Part shown: in pieces, positions 1 to 7,120 of the stretch
How the letters are laid out: every line of letters starts with the position of its first letter
Numbering within the stretch: position 1 is the first letter of the stretch
Assembly: GCA_031431875.1 (NCBI GenBank)
Contig: JANPEF010000153.1
Location: 1-64,000 of the forward strand
DNA length: 64,000 nt
Source: Candidatus Eiseniibacteriota bacterium
Lineage (GTDB): Bacteria; Eisenbacteria; RBG-16-71-46; DASYSL01
Direction: 5' to 3'
Translations under genes and position numbers: made by a program
Notes under the pieces: generated by a model
The model's database searches: none
The model's input: the letters and a program-made list of their open reading frames with translations, nothing else
Told to the model about the DNA's origin: nothing

Positions 1-94
1 GCGCCCCGGGTTCCGGGCCGCGGCCGCTTTCGCCCGCCGTCGCCCCGCGGTGCACTCCCGGGGGGCGACCGCGTTTTCGGGCTGGAGGCTTCCC

Positions 95-1291
95 CTGGGT
101 TCATCCCTGCACGACGAGATCTGGATGCGCGAGGCGCTGGATCTGGCCGAGCGCGGTCGCGGTCGCGTGCGTCCGAACCCGGCGGTCGGGGCGGTGCTCG
201 TCAAGCGCGGCCGGATCGTCGGTCGCGGCTGGCATCGACGCCTCGGCGGCGCGCATGCCGAGATCGAGGCGCTGCGCGATGCGGGCATCAAGGCGAAGGG
301 CGCCACCCTGTACGTGACGCTCGAGCCGTGCGCACATCACGGTCGCACCGGGCCGTGCGTCACCGCGATCGTCGCCGCCGGCGTGGCGCGCGTCGTTGCG
401 GCGATGCGGGACCCGTTTCCCGAGGTCGACGGCCGGGGCTTCCGCGGCCTGCGTCGGGCGGGCATCGCGGTCGAGTCGGGCGTGCTCGAAGCCGCGGCGC
501 GCGACGCCAATGCCGGCTACCTCTCGGTGCACGAGCGCGGCCGTCCGCGCATCGCGCTCAAGCTCGCCGCCTCGCTCGACGGGCGCATCGCTCCCGCGCG
601 CGGGACCTCGCGCTGGATCACTGGGCCCGAGGCGCGGCGCGCAGCACACCACCTGCGCGCGCGCCACGACGTCGTGCTGGTCGGCGCGAACACGCTGCGG
701 CGCGACGATCCCGAGCTCACCGTGCGCGGGGTGCCGCTGCCGCCGCGGGCGCTCCAGCCGTTGCGCGTCGTCGTCTCGGCCGATCTCGACTTGCCACTGC
801 GGGCCCGGCTGTTCGCCCCGGCGCTCGCCGCGGGTACGGTCGTCGCGACGGTCGCGCCTGAGCACGTCGCGCGCGGGCGGCGCTCTGCGTTCGAGAAGCG
901 CGCCGCGGCGCTGGCGCGCCGCGGCGTGGCGGTTTGGTTTCTGCCGCCGGCTGCCGCCGGCGGTGTGGATCTTGAAGTCCTCCTCGCCCGCTTCGCGGTC
1001 GAGGATAGACATGACGTGCTCGTCGAGGGCGGGGCGACGCTCGGTTCGCGCCTGGCCGGCGCCGGGCTCGTCGACGAGGTGTGGTTGTTCGTCGCGCCGC
1101 TGCTGCTCGGCGGCGCCGCGCCGGCGTGGCGCTTCGGCGAGACGCCGACCTCGCTCGCCGACGCGTGGCGGCTCGAGGATGCGGTCGTCGTCGCGCTCGG
1201 TGGCGACTGGGTCGTGCACGGTCGGCCGGTGCGGGCGATCCCCGCGAAGAAGAACCTTGCGACGCGCAAGCGCGTCGCGAAATTGAAGTAG
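95..1291 (+). CDS. ribD: Riboflavin biosynthesis bifunctional deaminase/reductase RibD
   Basis: PNPAVGAVLVK, HAE and TLEPCAHHGRTGPC Zn motifs; reductase part has KLAASLDGRIA and VLVEGG. Start uncertain: GTG 50, CTG 95 (6 nt after GGAGG at 84-88) or ATG 125. Confidence 0.95.
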   Translation: MGSSLHDEIWMREALDLAERGRGRVRPNPAVGAVLVKRGRIVGRGWHRRLGGAHAEIEALRDAGIKAKGATLYVTLEPCAHHGRTGPCVTAIVAAGVARVVAAMRDPFPEVDGRGFRGLRRAGIAVESGVLEAAARDANAGYLSVHERGRPRIALKLAASLDGRIAPARGTSRWITGPEARRAAHHLRARHDVVLVGANTLRRDDPELTVRGVPLPPRALQPLRVVVSADLDLPLRARLFAPALAAGTVVATVAPEHVARGRRSAFEKRAAALARRGVAVWFLPPAAAGGVDLEVLLARFAVEDRHDVLVEGGATLGSRLAGAGLVDEVWLFVAPLLLGGAAPAWRFGETPTSLADAWRLEDAVVVALGGDWVVHGRPVRAIPAKKNLATRKRVAKLK

Positions 1292-1298
1292 GGGCGCG

Positions 1299-1892
1299 AT
1301 GTTCACCGGTCTGGTCGAGGAAATCGGCGTCATCGAGGAGATCGAGCCGCACGACGGCGGGCGGCGGATCGTGGTGTCCGCGCCGGTCGTCGTCACCGAC
1401 CTCGCGATCGGCGACAGTATCAACCTGAGCGGCTGCTGCCAGACCGTGGTCGCCGTGGGCGACGGACAGTTCACCGTCGTCGCCGTGCCCGAGACGTTGC
1501 GGCGCACCCACCTCGGCTCGCTGGTCGAAGGGGACTCGGTCAACCTGGAACGCCCGGTCCGGCTCATGGACCGACTGGGCGGCCACCTCGTGCAGGGCCA
1601 CGTCGACGGGGTCGGCCGGTTGCGCACGGTTCGCGAGGAGGCGCCGGGCTGGTGGCTCGACATCACGACTGAGGCGGAAGTCATGCGCTACGTCGCATTC
1701 AAGGGTTCGATCGCCGTCGATGGCACGAGCCTGACGGTGGCCGGCATCGAACAGGATGGATTCTCGGTCGCGATCGTGCCGCACACGTGGCAGGCCACGG
1801 TGTGCCGCCTCTACCGCCCCGGCAGTGAAGTGAATCTCGAAGTGGACTTGATCGCCCGCTATCTCGAGCGCCTGGTCCAGGAGGCCCGATGA
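1299..1892 (+). CDS. ribE: Riboflavin synthase (alpha chain)
   Basis: Canonical MFTGLVEE N-terminus, VNLER, GGHLVQGHVD, KGSIAVDGTSLT, VNLEVD. Called ribC in E. coli nomenclature. Confidence 0.97.
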   Translation: MFTGLVEEIGVIEEIEPHDGGRRIVVSAPVVVTDLAIGDSINLSGCCQTVVAVGDGQFTVVAVPETLRRTHLGSLVEGDSVNLERPVRLMDRLGGHLVQGHVDGVGRLRTVREEAPGWWLDITTEAEVMRYVAFKGSIAVDGTSLTVAGIEQDGFSVAIVPHTWQATVCRLYRPGSEVNLEVDLIARYLERLVQEAR

Positions 1893-3274
1893 AGACGAAG
1901 ACTCCCCCCGCGCGGCGCAAGGTGAAGCCGGCGCGCGTTGCGAAGACGGTGAAGTCCGGGAAGCCGACGAAGGCCGGCGCCGCCTCGGGTGCCGCGTTGG
2001 CGCGGGCGATGGCCGCCGGCCGCCGCCGCAGCGCCAAGGATGCGCCGGTGCTCACGCCGCAGTTCGCGGCGGTCGAGTCCGCGCTCGCGGAGATCCGTCG
2101 CGGCCGCATGGTGATCGTCGTCGACGACGCCGAGCGCGAGAACGAGGGCGACCTGATCATGGCGGCGTCGAAGACCACCGCCGCCGACGTCAACTTCATG
2201 GTGACCGAGGCACGCGGGCTGCTCTGTGCGGGTCTCTCGCCCGAGCGGGCCGAGGCGCTCGACCTGTTTCCGATGACGACCGACAGCACGGCGCTGCACG
2301 GGACCGCGTTCACGGTCTCGGTCGACGCGAGCGAGGGCGTGACGACGGGCAGCTCGGCCCCCGATCGCGCGCTCACCATCCGCCTGCTGGCCGATCCGGC
2401 GTCGACGCCGGGGAGCTTCGCGCGGCCCGGGCACGTGTTCCCGTTGCGCGCGGTGCGTGGCGGTGTGCTGCGTCGCGCCGGCCACACCGAGGCGGCCGTC
2501 GACCTCGTCCAGCTCGCCGGACTCGGCGACGTGGGCATCCTGTGCGAGATGATGGCCCCGGACGGCGCGATGGCACGCCTGCCGGGCCTCACGCGATTCG
2601 CGCGGAAGCACGGCTTGCGGATGCTCGCCATCCGCGACCTGATCGCGTATCGTCGTCGCCACGAAAAGCTGGTGAGCCGGCTGGTGCACACGGGGCTCCC
2701 GACCGCCGAGGGCGACTTCCAGATGCACCTCTACGAGAGCCTGCTCGACGGTGACCACCACGTCGCGCTGACCATGGGCGACGTGTCGACGAAGGCGCCC
2801 GTGCTGGTGCGCGTCCACTCGCAGTGCCTGACCGGCGACGTATTCGGTTCCGAGCGCTGCGACTGCGGGCCGCAGATGCGCGCCGCGATGGCGACCATCG
2901 CGAAGGAGGGACGGGGCGTGTTCCTGTACATGCGGCAGGAGGGGCGCGGCATCGGCCTCGCCAACAAGCTGCGCGCCTACGTCCTGCAGGACCAGGGCTA
3001 TGACACGGTCGAGGCGAACCTGGCGCTCGGTTTCCCCGCCGACCTGCGCGACTACGGCATCGGCGCGCAGATCCTGCACGACCTGGGCGTGCGCAGGATC
3101 GAGCTGATGACCAACAACCCGCGGAAGATCGTGGGCCTCGAGGCGTTCGGCCTGACCATCACGAAGCGGCGTTCGATCGAACTGCCGGCGAACCGGAACA
3201 ACAAGCGCTACCTGTCGACCAAGCGCGACAAGCTCGGGCACCTGCTCGAGCTTCCCACCGGGGAGCCGCGGTGA
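1889..3274 (+). CDS. ribBA: Bifunctional DHBP synthase / GTP cyclohydrolase II with basic N-terminal extension
   Basis: DDAERENEGDL, RPGHVFPL, RAGHTEA, RVHSQCLTGDVFGSERCDCG, QEGRGIGL, TNNPRK; ATGA overlap with ribE. Confidence 0.97.
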   Translation: MKTKTPPARRKVKPARVAKTVKSGKPTKAGAASGAALARAMAAGRRRSAKDAPVLTPQFAAVESALAEIRRGRMVIVVDDAERENEGDLIMAASKTTAADVNFMVTEARGLLCAGLSPERAEALDLFPMTTDSTALHGTAFTVSVDASEGVTTGSSAPDRALTIRLLADPASTPGSFARPGHVFPLRAVRGGVLRRAGHTEAAVDLVQLAGLGDVGILCEMMAPDGAMARLPGLTRFARKHGLRMLAIRDLIAYRRRHEKLVSRLVHTGLPTAEGDFQMHLYESLLDGDHHVALTMGDVSTKAPVLVRVHSQCLTGDVFGSERCDCGPQMRAAMATIAKEGRGVFLYMRQEGRGIGLANKLRAYVLQDQGYDTVEANLALGFPADLRDYGIGAQILHDLGVRRIELMTNNPRKIVGLEAFGLTITKRRSIELPANRNNKRYLSTKRDKLGHLLELPTGEPR

Positions 3275-3798
3275 GCGAGTCGAACCGATTGGCCGGCGCG
3301 ATGCGGGAGCGCGCGCGTAACGACTTTCCGGGGATCGGCCGCGTGCATCGCGGCAAGTCCGATGGGCGCGGCGTGTCGATCGCACTGGTGGCCTCGCGCT
3401 TCAACGAGCCGCTGGTCGAGAAGCTGGTCGAGGGTGCGGCGGCAGAACTGGCTCGCCTCGGCGCGGCGCCGCAGCAGGTCGACCTGACGTGGGTGCCCGG
3501 CGCCTTCGAGTTGCCGTTCGTCGCCCAGCGCCTGGCCCGCACGGGGCGCTACGACGCGATCGTCGCGCTCGGCGTCGTCATCCGTGGCGAGACGCCGCAC
3601 TTCGACTTCGTGTGCGGCGAGGCCGCGCGCGGGCTGGCCCAGGTCTCGCGCAACGAGAACCTGCCCGTGCTGTTCGGCGTGGTGACCGCCAACGACGCGA
3701 CGCAGGCGCAGGCGCGCTGCGGGGGATCCTCGAACAAGGGCGCGGAGACCGTGCGCGCCGCGATCGACCTCCTTGCGGCGCTGCGGGAGGTGCGATGA
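3271..3798 (+). CDS. ribH: 6,7-dimethyl-8-ribityllumazine synthase
   Basis: SRFN, VPGAFELP, GVVIRGETPHFDFV, NKG; GTGA overlap (alternative ATG at 3301). Confidence 0.96.
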   Translation: MSESNRLAGAMRERARNDFPGIGRVHRGKSDGRGVSIALVASRFNEPLVEKLVEGAAAELARLGAAPQQVDLTWVPGAFELPFVAQRLARTGRYDAIVALGVVIRGETPHFDFVCGEAARGLAQVSRNENLPVLFGVVTANDATQAQARCGGSSNKGAETVRAAIDLLAALREVR

Positions 3799-4271
3799 AC
3801 AAGGGCGGATCGGGGCCGCGCCGGCGCGGGCGGGAACTGGTGTTCCGCCTGCTCTACCAGGCGGACCTCACGCGCGACGCGATCGCGACGACGTGGAAGC
3901 AGATCGCGGACGAGGAGAAGTTGCCCGACGATGCGCGCGCTTACGTCGACTCGCTCGTCGTCGTTCTCGAGGAGGGCCTGCCGGCGCTCGATGACGCGAT
4001 CCAGCAGGCGACGCAGCACTGGAAGTTCGACCGGCTCGCCGCCACCGATCGCGGAGTCCTGCGCCTGGCCGTGGCCGAGCTGATGCACATGCCCGGCACG
4101 CCGGCGAAGGTCGTGCTCGAGGAGGCGGTCGCGATCGCGCGCAAGTACGGGCGCGAGGATTCGGGGCGCTTCGTCAATGGTGTGCTCGATCGCGTCGCGC
4201 GAACGCTGCGGCCGGGTGAACTCGAAGGCGAGCCGGTCGTGGACGACCCGGCCGCCGCGGAGGAACGTTGA
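3795..4271 (+). CDS. nusB: Transcription antitermination factor NusB
   Basis: RRRGRELVFRLLYQ, DRGVLRLAVAEL, EAVAIARKYG, FVNGVLD; usual position after ribH; ATGA overlap. Confidence 0.96.
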   Translation: MNKGGSGPRRRGRELVFRLLYQADLTRDAIATTWKQIADEEKLPDDARAYVDSLVVVLEEGLPALDDAIQQATQHWKFDRLAATDRGVLRLAVAELMHMPGTPAKVVLEEAVAIARKYGREDSGRFVNGVLDRVARTLRPGELEGEPVVDDPAAAEER

Positions 4272-4993
4272 TCGTCGCCGTGCTGTCCGACATTCACGCC
4301 AACCTCGAGGCACTCGAGGCCGTGCTCGCCGATGCCGAGCGCGCGGGCGCGCAGCAGTACTGGTGCCTGGGGGACGTCGTCGGTTACGGCGCCGATCCCG
4401 ACGCGGTGGTCGACCGGGTGCGGGCCCTTGGCGGGCCGACCGTCGCCGGCAACCACGACTGGGCGGCGTGCGGGCAGACCTCGACCCGCCATTTCAACCG
4501 GCACGCCGCGTTCGCCGCCGAGTGGACGGCCGGCGTCATGCGCCCCGACAATCTCGATTGGCTGCGCGCGCTCCCGCTGGTCGAGCGGCGCGAAGGGGTG
4601 CTGCTGGTCCACGCGACTCCCAGTGACCCCGCGGCCTGGCACTACTGCATGCAGGTCGACGACGCGCTCGACGAGATGGAGGCGTTCCGCGAGGACATGT
4701 GCATGATCGGCCACTCGCACGTCCCCGGGGCGTTCGAGCGCCATGACGAAGACGTCCGCTACACGCGGGCGGAGGAGCTGGTCCTGCGCCCGGGCCGGCG
4801 GTACCTCGTCAACGTGGGGTCCGTCGGGCAGCCCCGCGACAAGGATGCCCGCGCGGCCTACCTGCTGTTCGACACCGAGGAGCGACGCTTGCGCCACGCT
4901 CGGGTGCCCTACGACGTCGCGCGGACGCAGGAGAAGATCCTCGCGGCGGGCCTCCCGCCCTGGCTGGCCAGCCGCCTGGCGGCGGGGGACTGA
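4268..4993 (+). CDS. Calcineurin-like metallophosphoesterase
   Basis: SDIHAN, LGDVVGYG, GNHD, GHSH, NVGSVGQPRD; TTG start in a TTGA overlap. Confidence 0.92.
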   Translation: MIVAVLSDIHANLEALEAVLADAERAGAQQYWCLGDVVGYGADPDAVVDRVRALGGPTVAGNHDWAACGQTSTRHFNRHAAFAAEWTAGVMRPDNLDWLRALPLVERREGVLLVHATPSDPAAWHYCMQVDDALDEMEAFREDMCMIGHSHVPGAFERHDEDVRYTRAEELVLRPGRRYLVNVGSVGQPRDKDARAAYLLFDTEERRLRHARVPYDVARTQEKILAAGLPPWLASRLAAGD

Positions 4994-4994
4994 A

Positions 4995-5058
4995 CGCGGA
5001 GTTTCCAGGTCGGGGCCGACCCGGGGCCGGCCCGGGGCCGGACGCGAGGAACTCCGCG
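4995..5058. repeat. Stem-loop enclosing three tandem 11-bp units
   Basis: CGCGGAGTT (4995-5003) pairs with AACTCCGCG (5050-5058); inside lie CGGGGCCGACC, CGGGGCCGGCC and CGGGGCCGGAC (5011-5043). Confidence 0.6.
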
Positions 5059-5080
5059 CAAAAGCTTGTCCATCCTCAAG

Positions 5081-5109
5081 TTGACCGCGACGGGCCGGCA
5101 CCTTAGAGT
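5081..5109 (+). promoter_or_regulatory. Sigma70-type promoter of the glycosylation operon (probably leaderless)
   Basis: TTGACC (5081-5086), 17 nt, TAGAGT (5104-5109); ATG follows 9 nt later with no SD. Confidence 0.7.
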
Positions 5110-5118
5110 CTCCGAATC

Positions 5119-5949
5119 ATGACCCAGCTCCGAGAAACCACGCCCGAACACTGGCAGCGGTTCTGGACCGACGGTCGCCCCCTGCACGAGGTCTACTCGA
5201 ACCAGGGCCGGCTCGTCGACCAGGCGCTCGCCGAAGGCTCGCTCTCCGGTCGTCGCATCCTCGAAGTCGGGGCCGGCACCGGGCGCGACACCATGGAACT
5301 CGTGCGCCGCGGCGCCACGGGCTACGTCCTCGACTACACGTTCGGCAGCCTGCACCTGATGCAGGAGCACGCCCGGCACCTCGGCGTGCCGCTCCATCTC
5401 GTCTGTGCCGATGCGCGCGCCCTGCCGTTTCGCGAGGGCTCGTTCGGGCTCGTCTTCCACCAGGGCCTGCTCAAGCACTTCCGCGATCCGGCGTCGATCC
5501 TCATCGAGAACGCGCGCGTGCTCGAGGCCGAGACCGGGACGCTGATCGTCGACGTGCCCCAGCGCTGGCACCCGTACACCGCCGCGAAGAAGGTGCTGAT
5601 CGCGATGAACCAGTGGTTCGCCGGTTGGGAGACCGAGTTCTCCCCGCGCGAGCTCGAGCGCCTGATCCGCGCCCAGGGCCTCGAGGTGCGTCGCACCTAT
5701 GGCGACTGGATGGTGCCCGGCCTGCTCTACCGCGCGGTGCGCGTGACCCTGGCCAAGGCCGGGATCAAGGTGCTGCCCATGTACCCGAAGGGCCCGGCGT
5801 TCTGGGAGAACTTCTGGAACGGCCTGCGCGACTGGATGCGCGGCCAGCGCTGGGCGCTCTACACGACGCACGTGATCGGCGTGGTCGCCCGCAAGCGCGC
5901 CGGTGCCGAGCGGGAGCGCGCCGCCGATGGCGCGCGGAGGATGGCCTGA
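5119..5949 (+). CDS. Class I SAM-dependent methyltransferase
   Basis: ILEVGAGTG, ADARALPF, FGLVFHQG, RVLE motifs (Methyltransf_11-like). Confidence 0.9.
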   Translation: MTQLRETTPEHWQRFWTDGRPLHEVYSNQGRLVDQALAEGSLSGRRILEVGAGTGRDTMELVRRGATGYVLDYTFGSLHLMQEHARHLGVPLHLVCADARALPFREGSFGLVFHQGLLKHFRDPASILIENARVLEAETGTLIVDVPQRWHPYTAAKKVLIAMNQWFAGWETEFSPRELERLIRAQGLEVRRTYGDWMVPGLLYRAVRVTLAKAGIKVLPMYPKGPAFWENFWNGLRDWMRGQRWALYTTHVIGVVARKRAGAERERAADGARRMA

Positions 5950-7103
5950 ACCTCCTTGCCGTCAACTGGATGGACATCGGCGCGCCCGCGGCCGGGGGGG
6001 CCGAGGTTCATCTCTTCGAGATCCTGCGGCGCTGGCGGGCGCGCGGACACGACGTGACGTGGCTGGCCGCCGGCTTCCCGGGCGGGGCCGCCGAGGACGA
6101 ACGCGACGGCATCCGCATCGTCCGTGCCGGCGCGTGGTGGAACGCCAATCACACGCTGCCGGCCGCCTACCGACGCCGGCTCACCGGCGAGCGCTTCGAC
6201 GCGGTGATCGAGGACATCAACAAGCTGCCGTTCCTCGCCCCGCGCTGGACCAGGGCACCGGTGCTCGCGATCGTGCCGCACCTGTTCGGCACCACCGTGT
6301 TCGCCGAGACGGCGTGGCCACAGGGGCTCTACGTCCTCGCCCACGAGGCGCTCATCCCGCTCGTCTACCGCGACGTCCCGTTCCTGGCGATCTCCGAGAG
6401 CACGCGCGATGACCTCGTCGCCCGCGGCATTCCGGCGCAGAACGTGAGCGTCGTCCACTGCGGGCTCGATCACGAACTCTACCGCCCGGCGGCGGCGAAG
6501 GCCGCGCTGCCGACGGTCGCGTTCGTCGGGCGCCTGCGTCGCTACAAGGGCGTCGACGTGCTGCTCGATGCGTTCGCGCGCGTCTGTCGCGACGTGCCCG
6601 ACGCCATTCTCGACGTGATCGGGGACGGGCCGCATCGCGCCGCGCTCGAGGCGCGCGCCCGCGGGCTGGGCCTCGGTCCGGGGCGCGCCCGCTTCCACGG
6701 GTTCGTGCCCGCCGCGCGCAAGGTCGAGCTGCTGTCGGCCGCGCACGTGGCGGTCTGTCCCTCGCCGAAGGAAGGCTGGGGCCTCACCGTCATCGAGTCG
6801 AATGCCTGCGGCACCACCGTCGTCGCCAGCCGGAGCCCGGGCCTGGTCGACTCGGTGCGCGACGGGAAGACCGGACTGCTCGTTCCGCACGGCGACGCGA
6901 ACGCGCTCGCCACGGCGGTGACGACCGTGCTCACCGACCCCGCGTTGCGCTCCCGGCTCGAGGCCGAGGCCCGCAGCTGGGCGGCGACGTTCACCTGGGA
7001 TCGCTGCGCCGACGAGGCGCACGCCGTGCTCGAGCGCGCCGTGGGGGCCGTGCCCTCGCCGGCGCCACGGGCCGCCGTGCACGGCGCCGTCGGCGCATTC
7101 TGA
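5946..7103 (+). CDS. Glycosyltransferase family 4
   Basis: AGGAEVH, FVGRLRRYKG, PSPKEGWGLTVIE; predicted CTG start overlapping the upstream TGA (CTGA). Confidence 0.9.
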   Translation: MNLLAVNWMDIGAPAAGGAEVHLFEILRRWRARGHDVTWLAAGFPGGAAEDERDGIRIVRAGAWWNANHTLPAAYRRRLTGERFDAVIEDINKLPFLAPRWTRAPVLAIVPHLFGTTVFAETAWPQGLYVLAHEALIPLVYRDVPFLAISESTRDDLVARGIPAQNVSVVHCGLDHELYRPAAAKAALPTVAFVGRLRRYKGVDVLLDAFARVCRDVPDAILDVIGDGPHRAALEARARGLGLGPGRARFHGFVPAARKVELLSAAHVAVCPSPKEGWGLTVIESNACGTTVVASRSPGLVDSVRDGKTGLLVPHGDANALATAVTTVLTDPALRSRLEAEARSWAATFTWDRCADEAHAVLERAVGAVPSPAPRAAVHGAVGAF

Positions 7104-7120
7104 CCACCGGAGGAGGATCG

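Noticed and set aside
5011..5043. CRISPR-like repeat
   Set aside because: 11-bp units with no spacers and no cas genes in the window.
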